This document shows positions 1-17,780 of a DNA stretch of 64,000 bases, piece after piece. The stretch is from the human T2T-CHM13v2.0 reference genome, Homo sapiens, in the NCBI RefSeq assembly GCF_009914755.1, contig NC_060926.1, one strand, 5' to 3'. The translations under genes and the position numbers were made by a program. The first letter of the stretch is position 1. Every line of letters starts with the position of its first letter. Below the pieces are notes generated by a model. It did no database searches and was not told where the DNA came from. It saw nothing but the letters and a program-made list of their open reading frames with translations.

Positions 1-519
1 CTGGTTCTCAGCTCCCTCTGTACCCAATGGTGACAGCATCATAGCACCTGCAGGGTGTGGCACAGATTAAATGGAACATGTGGTGCCCATAGGTCACACG
101 CTCTTGCCCTCTTCTTCCCAGTAGAAAAAACAGCCCCTCCTGCATCTTGCAGAGGGGATGGGCCTGCATGGTAGGTGGCAGACACAATCCCTTCTGTCAT
201 TCCCCATTGGGACTAAGGGAAGCCTCTCCATGAATGTTTAATTTCAAAATGACCTTACAGGTTTGCAAAGTGGAGGAAAAACTTCACCCCACCCCACTTT
301 CCCAATATGAGTTCCATATTTAGTGTTATAACTCTTAGAGACAAGTCACTTGCAATTGTATACTCTTTTACATTTTAGGTGAATCATGTGCACAACAGTT
401 CCCAGAAGTCCCCTGGGTTTCCAGCCCTATCCTCTAGTCAGCAGTCCTGAGATATACAGTGACATGAAGCAGAAGGAGTCACCTGTGGGGAGGCCTGGCC
501 CCAGAAAGGCCTGAACTCT

Positions 520-692
520 CTGTCTTCACATGGCAGAAGTGGGCAGTTCGCTCTCTGGGGCCTCTTTTATAAGGGCACTAATCCCACTCATGAGGACTCC
601 AGCCTCCCACAAGCCCCCCTCCAAATACCACCACACTGGGGGTTCAGATTCAACATGTGAATTTTGGGACAATGCAAACATTCAGTCTATAG
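520..692 (-). mobile_element. MaLR LTR fragment (MLT1A/MST-like)
   Basis: gcctcttttataagggcactaatccc...attcaacatgtgaattttggg...cattcagtctatagta resembles the reverse complement of the MaLR LTR 5' end. Confidence 0.7.
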
Positions 693-2856
693 TACCCCAC
701 CCACTAGGGAATTGTCATTTGTATTTCCCAACCACTTGCCCTCTGTCTCACCTTCAAGGACAGACACAGCTCTTACCTGGGTCTGCCAGGCCACCCCTGA
801 GTGATTGGACTCTACCCTTTGTGTCTCACTCTTTCCAGTTTCTCACCTTCTGATTCAGAAATGGCCAAAGCAAAGGGGTGCAGGTAAACCAGTTATGCAG
901 ATTTATTTAAAACTATATTTTAAAATATAATCTTTATACCTAGATTTTTTTTTTGGTGTGTTAAATGAACAACAATAGTCTTTACTTTGGTGTGAAAATA
1001 ATATGTTCTCTCCCATTTTTTTTAAACACTTGGCCCTCTCAGTCTTCTTTTTCATCTTCACACTTCTAATATAGACATGCAGGTAAGAAATATTTTATCA
1101 TTCCAAATTTATCGTAAGAAAAAGAGCTGTGGAAACGTGTGGAAACTAACACTCGCCCGACAATAAGGAAGGTTGGGACTTGGGTGGCTGGGGGAGCATT
1201 CTACTCATTCGAAGAGACAGATGTTGCTCTCCACCCAGGTGCTGCCCACAAAAATGCAAACCCTGGGTACAGCTACTTAAGAGAAGATGGCCTCTGGATT
1301 TGTAACATGAAACCCACTGGTTGTTAAATGTACAAGTAATCCAGTGTTTTAAGCAGCCTATGGCCCAAAACCTGCAGGACAACTGCTGACTTGATTTGAC
1401 CAGAGTGTGCTCTCAGCTCTGTCCAGCCTTCACGTGGCTTTTCCACTCCAAAACTCCACCCAACAGGCTGCAAGACAGACCCAAGACTCAGTCTGGTTTG
1501 CTATATTCACATCCCGACTCTGGCCTCCTACTCAGTCTGACCTCCAGCTTCTATCTTCAGCAATTACTACTGCATAAGAATTACTACAGCCAGGCTGTCA
1601 TCAATTTTCCCTCTGAATGCCTTTCATGTTGTCATTGCCCAAGCAAGCAATATTCTCTCTCATCTTGCAATTCTGCCTGTGCAGATCCTCCCCATGCTTC
1701 ACACTTCCTCCAGGGTAGTCTCTGGAGAAGACTCCTGCCTCTTCTGCAAACTCCCAAGGTCTTCACTTGTACAAATCTCAGAAATTAATTTCAGCCTCTT
1801 TTACCATTCTATTTCCAGTGTGTTTCCTATTGCTTATCAGCTAGACTAAACTTTCTAAGATCAGATATTTCTTAGATTTGCTTATTATGATTTTCTCAGT
1901 ACTTTGCACATAGGTACTGGGAAAATAAAGTAAGACCTACTTTAAGACTTGTATTTTAGACACTGACTACTCCTCCAAATGAGACGGAAAAAACACTAAA
2001 AATGCCCAGCAAAATATTGAAAGTTTATTTTTTAGTATGTTGATTATCTGACAAAAAAGTAGGAATATTTCAAATGCCAAAACCAAGTGAAATCTGGAAC
2101 CTAGAGCATTAAGCCAAACACAGAAGGAAAGTTTCTTTTTGGGGACATTGAGCATCCATTTGTGATGTTGCAGGACTCACGGATCAAGATGCAAAGCTAA
2201 GGTCCTTTGAAGGTGAGAAGCCTAATTCTTTAAAGCCGGAACAGAAAGTGTTACTGGAAATAAACCTACATTCTGCACTTATTCCCCTTACACACATCCA
2301 CATCCACTGAGTAGGGGTGGACAATGAAATGTACCTGTGAGAATTGTGGCACTGAGTGAAGAGGAAAATAAATGTATCCTGAGAATTGCTAGAAAAAAAA
2401 TATTGTCCTCACTCAAATTGCAGCATGAATTCACAATACCCAGAAGGTCTAAAAAGACTCAAAGTGAAAACTCACTTTAAAATGTCAATCTCAGCTAACC
2501 AGTAAAAGTAAATGTTCAACACAGGCTTTAAAGAATCCCCACAGATGAACTTCCAAGGATTCAGATGTCACAGTCAAAAAATACACAAGGAATGTAGGCA
2601 GGTTGAGTGAGAATCAGCAATAATAACAGGAGGTAACACATTCTCAAAAGTTCGTGTTAACAATTACTGGCAAGAATATAAAATATTTTTATGTAATGGG
2701 TTTAAAGAAATAAATATAATACTGATAAAATGAGCAAAAAAAAAGTAAGACTAGTAAAATACCAAAACCATTTGATCAAAAAAAAAAAAAGAAAAAGAAA
2801 AGCTTCCAAAAATCCAAAAATATGTTTAATGTATAACAATTAAAATGAAGAATCTG

Positions 2857-3018
2857 GAGCCAAGAGTGGTGGCTCATGTCTACAATCTCAGCTATTTGGG
2901 AGACTGATATGTGAGTATCACTTGAGTCCAGGAGTTTAAGGCTAGAGTGAGCTATAATTGCCAGTGTACACCAGCCTGAGTGATAGAACAAGACCCCATC
3001 TCTTAAAATAAATAAACA
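2857..3018 (+). mobile_element. FLAM / Alu monomer
   Basis: Single diverged Alu arm (gtggtggctcatgtctacaatctcagc...gaccccatctct) with an (AAAT)n tail. Confidence 0.8.
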
Positions 3019-6000
3019 TAGAGCAACAATACAAACAAGCTGGCATAGTAGCCAGCTAACAACACAATGACAGGATCAAATCCGCACATATCAGTTCTAA
3101 CCTTAAATGTAAATGAGCTACATGCCCCATTTAAAAGACACAGAATGGCAACCTGGATAAAAAAGCAATACCCAATGGTATGCTGTCTTCAAGAGACCCA
3201 TCCCCCATTCAATGACACCCATAGGCTCAAGATAAAAGGATGAGGGAAAATCTACCAAGCAAATGGGAAACAGAAAAAAGCAGAGGTTGCAACCTTAATT
3301 TCAGACAAAACAGAATTTAAACCAACAAAAAACAAAAAAGACAAAGAAGGGCATTACATATGGTAAAGGATTCAATTCAACAAGTAGACCTAACTATCCT
3401 AAATATATATGGACCCAACACAGGAGCGCCCAGATTTATAAAGCAAGTCTTTAGAAACCTGCAAAGAGACTTAGACTCACACACAATAATAATGGAAGAT
3501 TTCACTCCACTAACAGTATTATACAGATCATCGAGGCAGAAAATTAACAAAGATATTAAGGGCCTGAAATCAACATTGAACCAAATGGATCTAGTAGACC
3601 TCTGCAGAACTCTTTACTCAAAAGCAATAGAATATACATTCTTCTCATCACCACATGGCACATACTCTAAAGTTAACCACACAATCAGACATAAAACAAT
3701 CCTCAGCAAATACAAAAGAATGGAAATCATACCAAACATACTCTTTGACAATAGCACAATAAAAATAGAAGTTAAGACTAAAAAAAAATTGCTCAAAACT
3801 ACGCAATTACATGGAAATTAAACATGCTTCTGAATGACTCTTGGGTAAAAAATAAAATTAAAGCAGACATCGAGAAGTTCTTTGAAACTAATGAGAACAA
3901 AGGTACATCATACCAGAATCTCTGGGACACAGCTAAGGCAGTGTTAAGAGGGAAATTTATAGCACTGAATATCCATGTCAAAAAGTTAGAAAGATCTCAA
4001 TTTAACAATTTAACATCACCACTGGAAGAACTAGAGAAGCAAGAGCAAACCAACCCCAAAGCTAGCAGAAGACAAGAAATAATGCAAATTAGAGCTGAAC
4101 TAAGGGAAATTGAGACACACAAAAAAATTCAAAAGATCAATGATTTCAGGAGTTGGTTTTTTTGAATAAATTAATAAGACAGATAGGCCACAAGCTAAAT
4201 TAATAAGAAAAGAGAGAAGATCCAAATAAACACAATTATAAATGATGAAGAAAATATTACCACTGACCCCACAGAAATGAAAATAACCATCATAAACTAC
4301 TATGAACACCTCTGTGCATACAAACTAGAAAACCTAGAAAAGATGGATAAATTGCTTAACAGATACACCACAAACTGGAAAACCTAGAAGAGATGGATAA
4401 ATTCCTTAACAGATACACCACTGAACCAGGAAGAAATTGATTCCCTGAACAGATCAATAGCAAGCTCCAAAATTGAATCAGTAATAAATAGCCTACCAAT
4501 AAAAAAAGCAGCCCAGGACCAGATTGATTCACAACTGAATTCTATCAGATGTACAAAGAAGAGCTGGTACCAGTCCTACTGAAACTAGTCCAAAAAATTG
4601 AGGAGAAGGGACTCCTCACCAACTCATTCTATGAGGCTCTATGAGGCCAGCATCTTCCTGATTCCAAAACCTGGCAAAGATGCAATGAAATAAGAAACTT
4701 CAAGCCAATATCTTTGAACATTGATGCAAAAATCCTCAACAATATACTTGCAAACTGAATCCAACAGCACATCAGAAAGCTAATTCACCACGATCAAGTA
4801 AACTTCACACCCAGGATGCAAGGTTGGTTTGACATACACAAACCAATACATGTGACTCATCACTTAAACAGAACTAAAGACAAAAACCACATGTTTACCT
4901 CAATATATGTAGAAAAGGCTTTTGATAAAATTCAACATCTCTTCATGTAAAAACCTCTCAATAAACAAGGTATTGAAGGAACATATCTCAAAATAATTAG
5001 AGCTATCTATGACAAACCCACAGCCAACATCACACTGAATGGGGAAATGCTAAGCGTTCCCTTGAAAACTGGCACAAGACAAGGATGCCCTCTCTTACCA
5101 CTTCCATTTGACATAATATTGGAAGTCCTAGCCAGAGCAATCAGGCAATGGAAAGAAATAAAGGGCATCTGAATAGAAAGAGAGTATGTTAAACTATCTC
5201 TGTTTTCAGATGACATGATTTTGTATCTAGAAAATCCCATAGTCTCAGCCCAAAGGCTCCGTCAACTGATAAACAACTTCAGCAAAGTTTCAGGATACTA
5301 AATCAATGTACACAAATCACTAGCATTCCTATACACCAATGACAGCCAAGCCAAGAGCCAAATCAGGAATGCAATCCCACTGACAATAGCCACAAAAAAA
5401 TAAAATACATAGGAATACAGCTAACCAAGGAGATGAAAGATTTCTACAATAAGAATTACAAAACACTGCTCAAAGAAATCAGAGAAGACACAAACAAATG
5501 GAAAAACATTTCATGCTCATGGTTAGGAAAAATAAATATCATTAAAATGGCCATACTGCCAAAAGCAATTTACAGATTCAATACTATTCCTATCAAATTA
5601 CCAATGACATTCTTCACAGAACTAAAAAAAAAAAAAACTATTTTGAAATTTATATGGAACCAAAAAGGAGCTCTAACAGCTAAGGCAATGCTAAGCAGAA
5701 AGAACAAAGCTGGAGGCAATATGCCACCCAACTGCAAACTATACTACATGGCTACAGTAATCAAAACAGTATGGTACTGGTACAAAAACAGACACATTGA
5801 CCAATGGAACAGAAGAGAGAGCCCAGAAATAAGGCCACCTACAACCATCTGTTCTTTGACAAAGCTGAAAAAGAATAGGCAATGGGGAAAAGACTCCATA
5901 TTCAATAAATGGTGGTGGGATAACTGGCTAGCCATATCCAGAAGACAGAAACTGGACCCCTTCCTTACACCATTTACAAAAATCAACTCAAAATAGATTA

Positions 6001-7165
6001 AAGACTTAATTTAAAAACCCAAAACTATAAAAACCCTGGAAAACAATCTAGGTGATACCATTCTGGACATAGAAATGGGCAAAGATTTCATGACGAAAAT
6101 GCCAAAAGCAATTGCAACAAAAGCAAAGGTTGACAAATGAGATCCAATTAAACTTAAGAGATTCTGCATAACAAAAGAAACTATCAACAGAGTAAACAGA
6201 CAACCTACAGAATGGGAGAAAATATTTGCAAACTACGCATCTGACAAAAGTCTAATATTCAGCATCTATAAGGAACTTAAACAAATTTACAAAAAAAAAA
6301 AAAACCAACCCCATTAAAAAGCAGGCAAAGGATATTAACAGACACTCTTCTAAAGAAGACACAGATGCAGTTAACAAGCATATGAACAAAAGCTCAGTAT
6401 CACTGATCATTAGAGAAATATGAATCAAAATCACAACGAGATACCATCTCACACCAGTCAGAACCACCATTATTAAAAAGTCAAAAAATAACATGCTGAT
6501 AAGGCTGTGGAGAAAAAGAAATGCTTGTACACTGTCTGTAGGATTGTAAATTAGTTCAACCTTTGTGCAAAGCAGTGTGGTGATTCCTCAGAGAGCTAAA
6601 ACCAGAACTACCATTTGATCCAGCAATCTTATTACTGGGTATATACCCAGAGGAATATAAATTATTCTACCATTAAGACATATGCATGCAAATGTTCATT
6701 GCAGCACTATTCACAATAGCAGAGATATGGAATCAACCTAAATGCCTGTCAATGACATTGGAGTGAGAAAATGGGGTACATATACATCATGGAATACTAT
6801 GCAGCTATGAAGAATGAGATTATATCTTTTGTGAAAACATGGATGGAACTGGAGGCCATTATCTTTAGCAAACTAACACAGGGACAGAAAACCAAATACC
6901 ACGTATTCTCACTTATAAGTGAGAGCTGAAGGATGAGAACTAATGGATGCAATGAAGGGAACAACAGACAATGGGGTGGAGAGTGGAGGGTGGGAGAAGG
7001 GAAAGGATCAGAAAAAAATAACCATTGTGTACTAGGCTTAGTGCCTGGGTGATGAAATAATCTGTACAACAAACCCCCTTAACTGTTACCTATATAACAA
7101 ACCTGCACAGGTACCCCAAAAGTAAAATAAAAGTTAAAAAATAAAATCAAATAAATAAAAGTTAA
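3019..7165 (+). mobile_element. 5'-truncated L1PA (L1PA13-16-like) with whole ORF2 region and 3' UTR, decayed
   Basis: ORF2 ATG at 3067 (MTGSNPHISVLTLNVN). Endonuclease/RT ORF fragments at 3360-3821, 3824-4165 and 5433-5996. RT motif degenerated to FSDD near 5205. 3' UTR ends AATAAAAGTTAAAAA. Confidence 0.93.
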
Positions 7166-9154
7166 AATGTGACATCATAGATTATTATTTTGTGCATTTA
7201 CAAGAAACTAGCCTGCTAATTAAATAAGTGTAAATGTTTATTATTTAATTTTTATGCATGTATGTGAAGTAAAATTAAATAAAATAAATAAACAATATAA
7301 ATAAATAACCCAATGGATGGTTTTAACTGTAAAGTTTCCAAGGCTAAAGAGATATTTAACAAAATGGAAGCTAAATTTAAATACGTTATCTATAATGCAG
7401 TATAGAAGCACAAAGATTCAATAAATAAAAAAAGAGATTTAGAAGACATGGAGGACAGAAAGAAGAAGTCTCATATTTGGCTAATTAAAGGACCAGAAAG
7501 AGTGAAGTGAGATGGGGAAAGATGGTATTTTAAGAAATAATGACTAAGAAACTTTAGACTGACAAATGACATTGGTACTTACATTACAAAAGCAACCAGA
7601 ATAAGAACAAAATTAAATCCACCTTAAAAACGTAACTGTGAAGCTGCATAATACTAAGGCGGAAAAGAGACAATCTTAAAAACCTTCAAATAGAAAAGAC
7701 AAATAAACAATAAAAGAATGACAAATAGAAAATGGAAGTCAGAAGATACTGGAATAACATCTTAAATGTGCTGAGAGGAAATAGCTCCAGTGAAAATATC
7801 TTTCTAAAAGTAGATGAAGGAAAAAAAATCAGCCTAACAAAAACTAAACAAAATGCTTTTACTAAATATATTGTAAAGTTATCCTATAGGCAAAATGAAA
7901 ACAATCAGATGGAAGATGTCAGATGTGAGAATAAATTTTTAAAAAGGCAAGATGTAGGTAAATCTATCCAAACACTGGCTATATAAGACAATAATAATAT
8001 TGTTTATCAACAGTTGGGGAAAAACTATCGTTGGCAATAATATATGATAAGGAGGCCACACGACTGCTGCTAATTTATTATCAGTCCTTGTATTGTTTAG
8101 GACTGGTGTAAAGATAACAGGCATCTTAAATTTCCTGAAGTGACCATTAACACAACCGAAGATGGAATTAATCAGTTCCAAAATATTAGAGAGAAAAAGG
8201 TGCAATGAGAAAACTTACAGAAACAATCAAAAAGGGAAAAAGGAAAGGTTAAAAGCACAGGAAATGCATAACACAAAAAAAATTCAAAATAAATGACATG
8301 AATAAATGTAATTATAATGGTAATTTGAATGTAAAAGAACTGCATTCAAGAATTAAGACAAAGATTGTCACACTAGGTGAAAAAACAAAAGCTAGCTTTA
8401 TGCTATTCGTAAGAAACACTTCTGAATTATAAATATTAGAAAAAATAAGGCTAAAAGAATAAAGAAAATTATACCAGGGAAGTGCTAACCAAAATAATTA
8501 TATAGCTCTCTATTAATAGCAGGCAAAAATAGATGAAGGCATAAAGCATTAACACTATTAATCTATTAGTGTTTAATAGAAACATTATTAAACAGTTAAA
8601 GGTTTATTATTAAGGAAGATATAACAATTATAAAGTTGCATGTATATACAACATAGTTTAATATATAGTAACCAGAAATTAAAAGAACTAGAAGGATAAA
8701 CCATTATCATCAACAAAAACAATATCATAGAAGGAGATTTGGTACAATTTTCATAGTAGATAATAAATATATCAGGAAGTTACATAGTATGCATATGTAA
8801 AATTAAAACAATGCAACTAACAAACTTAAACACACAAAGGTAATACATTAACCATGCCGGTAGAAAATACAAATTTTTCTTCAGCATATATTTAACATTT
8901 ATAAAATTGACCAACTGGACTGTAATTCAAACAATAAAGAATTAATGAAATTAAATTAAAGATCAATAACAAGAATATAAATTTTAAATTTTAATACTTA
9001 GAATTTCTCATATAGCCTTATATTTTTATAAATTAGAAAGCAATAACAAAAAGATAAATATCATTTTTTAAATATAGTTTTTAAATTATTTGTGGATCAA
9101 GTAAGTTATTACTATGTTAAAATATTTTGAGTTGAGCAATAATTAAAGTACAGT

Positions 9155-9488
9155 ATGGTTTGAGTATTTATCTGAAATGTGTGCACCAAAAGCATTTTGG
9201 ATTTGAGATTTTGAAGTATTTAAATATACACAATGAAATGTATTGGGGATAGGACCCAAGTCTAAACACAAAAGTCATTTATGTGTTACCTATACCTTAT
9301 ACACATAGCCTGAAGTAATTTGATACAATATTTTTAATAACTTTGTATAAGAAACAAAACATCTATACATTGAACCATGAGAAGCAAAGGTGTCACACAT
9401 ACCTATGGCGTCATGTCAGAGCTCAAAATATTTCAGATATTGGAGCATTTTGGATTTCAGATATTCAGATTAGGAATGCTCAACCTGT
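9155..9488. mobile_element. Tigger4/MER46-family DNA transposon MITE
   Basis: Internal ggggataggacccaagtctaaacac...atacacatagcctgaag and terminal ggaatgctcaacctg match the recalled Tigger4b consensus. Confidence 0.8.
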
Positions 9489-10297
9489 GTAACAAAATTG
9501 CAGGATACAGCTAAAGCAGTATTCAGAGGAAAATTTATAACATAATAATTTAGATTGGACTACAAGGATGAAATATAATGAGCAAAGAATCCAATTTGAG
9601 TGGCCACAGCATGAGTGAAAGGAAGGAAACACAGAGCAGAGAGCAATTCCATGAAAACCGACAGATCCTCTGCACGACTAATGGAGAGGGAAGTCATCAA
9701 TATTAGAAGTAATAAGTGTACGTAACTACAGATGCTGCACAAATAAAAACATTAAGGGATTTGATAAATAACCTTATATCAATAATTTGAAAACATGCAA
9801 AATCCACAAATTACTTAAAAATACAAGAATCAACACCAAAAAGAACAAAAAGTGTAAATAATCCTGTAACTATTCCATAAATTATATCAGCAATTAAAAA
9901 TCTTTCAATTCAGAAATGGTCTCAGATGGTTTTCTCTGTTAGGTCTGACTCTCAAGAGGAAAATAATTCTAATTTGACAAATATTCCAGATGATAAGACA
10001 GTGGAAATACTCTGCAATTCATTTTACAAGGGAAAAAAATTAATAGGCCCATCTCACTCATGAACTTAAATGCAAAATATATTTGAATAAATGTGAACAA
10101 ACCAAATAAAAATGTATGGAAAAGGTAATGCACTACACCGTTAGAGATGTAGGACTAATCTAACACTAGAAATAATTTTATATAAGTTCTATATTAAGTT
10201 TAAAAGAGAATAATTGTAGAATTTTGTATTCGATAAAAACAAAATTTATTTCATATTTTAAAAATAAAGTCTTATCAAACTAAAAGTAGAGATGAGG

Positions 10298-12920
<2,623 letters not shown>

Positions 12921-15900
12921 CTACCAGCAATTTAAAACATGAATCACACACTAAATAAATGGAAAAATGAAAGCATTTTCTTTATGAACAGGAAAATTCC
13001 AGGGTACTTGTTATCACCATTTCTAGTCAACATTTACTAGTGATTTACCATGCAATAGGAATAGACAAATAAATGAAAAGTTTAAGAACAAGAGAGAGAG
13101 GGAAAGAAAACAGGAAGGAAGAAAGGAAATTTTATAGATAATATGTATTACCTCACGTCATACATAAACATTAATTCCAGATGCTTTAAATATTTAAATC
13201 TGTAACACAAAACTATAAACATCTTAGAATGCTATATGAAAGAATATCTTTGACTTCAGGATAGAAATGGGTTTCTTAAGATTCAAGAAGGGCAAATCAT
13301 AAAAAAGTAAACATATTAAAACTAAGAACTTCTGACTATTATAAGGAACCATGTTATGTTTTGAACATAAGCCACCAACTGAAAAAAAAAATTGCAACAT
13401 ATATCACTGACAAAGAAATAGAACACAGAGTATTTAAAGAACTACTGCAAACTGATAGGAAAAAGGTAATTCACAAAAGACAAACATGCAAAAGACTTGA
13501 AGGAATACTTCACAAAGAAATGCCAAAGGTTAAAAAATACATGAAAAGCTGCTCAACTCATCATTAGTCAGGAAAATGAAAGTTAAAACCACAATTAAAT
13601 GCTGTTTTTACATCCACCAAATTGGCAAAAATTTCAAAGTCTCACAATATCAAGTTTTGGCAAGGATGTTAGGAAAAAACTATCTACTGCTGTGGAGTAA
13701 CAATCTGGCATTTATCCAGTGAAATTGAAGATGTGCATTTCAAAAATGCAAGAATTCCTTTCCTAGGAATTTATGGAATGCTTCCACACATGATGTGCTC
13801 CAGGGACTGTCCATGAAATGTTCATAACAGCACTGTTTATAACAGCAAAACCTCAGAAAAAAGCCAAATGCCCAATGACACGAGAATACCTAAAGATTTG
13901 GGTACATTCATCCCAAGCAATACTGTATAGCAGTGAAAATAAATGAACTATGGCAGTGAGCATATGGTGACTTACTCTCAGAGGGGTATGTTGAGTAGTG
14001 CAAAGCAAGTTGCAGATGAATGCATATGTTATGATTCCATTTAAATAAATTTTGAAATTTGCAAAACTACACACTGTATTCCTTTTGGGGGTGCTGCAAG
14101 GCAGAGCTGTGCTGGCCCTGTACTAACCACATCAGCAGATAACCCTTGGAATTTGACAGTGCACATTCTCTGAGGAATTCCATAGTAACCCTGATATGGA
14201 TTCAGCCACAGTTGTTAAAACTATAGAGAAATCCAATACAATTATTGACAAAAAAAAAAAATGTGGTATAGTGGTTACCTCTAGGGAAGGTACAGGTACT
14301 CTCTGGGCTTCAAAGATTTTGGTAATGTCTGTTTCTTAAACTATATGGGGATATTCTGCCGTTTATTGTAATGTGTATTATTTTATATTTAATACACATA
14401 TTATATATTATTTTGTATCTAACCAACATTCAATAAAACCAATTAAAATAATGACTTGTCTAGTTGTGGCCTTGCCTGTACAATGTGACTCATGGTATTA
14501 CCATTTCAGTCCCAATGTCTTCCTGCAGGATCCTAGCTTTCTATCATCCCACCATGAATGAACCCTTATTTCCATGGACCATGAAAACCAGTGGACACTG
14601 AGAGAAGCCATCATGGCACAGAGAGTGAAACTCACCTCGGGCAGATCTTCATTAGATTATATAATACCTGTGTGACATAAAGAAAACTTAACCTGTCTCT
14701 GGTTCTTCATCTTTGCAATGGAGATGGTAATATACAACTCATCATGTTGCAGGGAATTGAACTACATAGGCAGAGGAAGGGTAAATCAGATGCAACATTT
14801 TTGGTGGACAATTTGTGGAAACTATTAAAATATAAAATGTTCTTCCCATTTAATCAGCAATTCAGTTACTTCTCATCTATCTCATCTATTCCATAAAAAT
14901 TTTCTCCAAACTTTGCATAGATCTACAGGAAAGCTAGTTCATTGCTACATTGTTTTGTGTAGGGAAAAAAATTAGAAGATACCTTCAATATGAGAATTGT
15001 TAAATAAATTATGATACATCAATACTTGGGAATATATCATGTAACCATTAAAATGAATAAGGTCGATGATGTATTGATATAAGAAAATGTCTATGATATA
15101 TGATTCAATGAAAAATATTCATGTAGACAGAGTCTGAAGCCCAGAAAATTTTAGAGAGGTCTAGTTTTTACCAGCTAGTAGGATGAAGAACGGGAGCTGC
15201 AATCCATATAACGTCATTCTCAAGTGAGAATTATTCCTGCTTCAACATACAGCGACCCTTAAGAAATCTTCTGTTAGCTATGTTTTGCTCTTTCTCTCTC
15301 CTAAAAGATTTCTTTAAGTTATTCAAAGTCATAACTGCAGCAATGAAAACCTGATGATTTTAGCAGCTTTCTGAAATCTAAAAATGCCACTTGTAAAGAC
15401 AAGGTCTGTGAGGCTAGGGCACCTGCATTTTGTGGGGTTTTGAGGAGGAGCTGCTATATTTGGGGCGTATGGTTGATCAATCTTCACATGGTCACCACCT
15501 GTCTGTGGTACTATTTTTTCCTGAAAAACTGGGTTGAAATGTCACATAAAGGCCTCTCCAAGGCTCTTAGATGAATAATTTAATCACCCTCTAGTTGTCT
15601 CAATGGAGCTGAGCCTGTCTCTTTTCAAGCATGATCATAGGAGGGAATTCAGAGGTTGCACTGACCCGGCCTTCATCTGCCATCGCCAGCGTCATGCTTG
15701 TCTGTCTCCTTTGAAGGCAGGCTCAGAGAGTGATTAGAACAGTCCCTGGAGAGGGTTAGGGGGAGGATCATTATTACAGGTTTTCTCAAATGTGGAGGGG
15801 AGGTGGGCAAGGCCGTGAGAGCCATCCATCCTGAGTCCCAAAGGCAAAAACGCCCTCAGGACTGGCAAGGTGATTCAGTTGGTGGTGCGGGGGTCTATTT

Positions 15901-16934
15901 GGGGTTTGTGTTTTTTTATTTCTTGAGAGGCTGAAGCATTTTCAAAATGAACTGTGATATTGCCCTAAAAATTTCCCCCTTGTTGACCACTTCCTTTTCT
16001 ATAAAAAGAGATTAGAAAGGCATGGAGGGGCTGGTTTGTGCTTGTATGTGCCTGGGCAACTAGGAGGCAGTGTAGAATCAGCCCCTCACATCAACCAGGA
16101 GGCTGACAGGGCCCTCCAGAGCCAGGCGGCCAGGCCTCCCACCCAGTGCCCTCACCCTCAATCAGCCACCCTGTCGAAGGTCTGATTGTTGGGTGATCAT
16201 CACCGCTGCAAGACAATGACAAGCCTTGTCAAAGGTGAGCTATGTCAGCACTAGCTTTCCGCCAGAGGATTTCATGTGAGGACTCAGAAAGTGGAGCCAT
16301 TGCTATTTACCAGCTTAGTACATACATAATCTCATAATCCTCTCCGTGATTTTACAGAGTCAGTGTTTATATCCCAGCTCTTGTAGATAAAGGGCCTGAG
16401 ACTCAGAAGATAGGAAACTACCCAAGATCTCCCTATTCCAAAATGGCAGGATTGGGATTTGAGCCCAGCCCCAAATAATTCCAAAACGCATGCTTTTCTG
16501 GCAAATTCTCCATCCATAGACGTCGATGTGGTCAGAGCTGTTTGGGGCCAGCATGAAATAAATCTCATTCGTGGTATTTTCTGCAAATTCCAGCTAAGTT
16601 TGAGAATTCACTGAAGTCTACATTCAGATCCCCCAAGGACAGAAAGGCAGATGAGGACTCATCGCAGCAAGTCCCACAGACGGGACTCCATTACCCCATG
16701 TGAGCACAGAGGCTGCTCTTCCACCTCTTCTGCATTGAGAGCCAGCAGGGATGTCCTGGATGGACAGCTCCTTACCATGCTGCTACCACTAGTCCAGGAC
16801 AGCTTTGTAAGGATAGTGGGGACACAGGCTACTTCTTGAAAGAAAAGTAAAAACATTGTTTCTGCAACAACTAACAAAATGCCTACAACCACTGAATGCA
16901 CCAGGCAACAGTGCCTGATACAAATCAGCACTCA

Positions 16935-17277
<343 letters not shown>

Positions 17278-17389
17278 CTATAATTTTAATACCCACATGA
17301 CCCTTCATGGTAAACATAATCACCTCCATTGAACCTATAATGAGATCGAAGCTCCAAGCCCATGTTCCACAGGGCCATGCACAGTCAAT

Positions 17390-17780
17390 TCATTCCATTG
17401 TGTTCATCTACTGGGTGTGTAAACCTGAGTCGTGTACCAATGAAGGCCCCAAATGTAGAGAGAAAGGTCTTATTCTACTCCTCATAGAGCTGACAATCAG
17501 ACCAAGGACAAAAGTAATACAACATGAAAGAAAAGCAGCAATGAGAGGTGATGAGTTGTCCTTGTCACACAGACTAGAGGCTCTCTTGGCAAGGCAATGC
17601 CTCCTCCAGAAAGCCTTCCCAGAGCCCCAGATAATATCAACCACTCTCTCTTCTGAGCATCTCTGCCCACCCTCTGGATTCTAGGCACATTTCTCTCTGC
17701 ATACATCATCTGTTTTGGAGGCAATTTGCTTACTTGCCTATTTCCCTAGTAGACTCTGGGCTCACTGTGGCAGGCACTGT
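17390..17780. mobile_element. L2 fragments
   Basis: attcattcc-type end and ctcctccagaaagccttccc...tagactctgggctc motifs typical of L2 3' regions. Confidence 0.55.
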
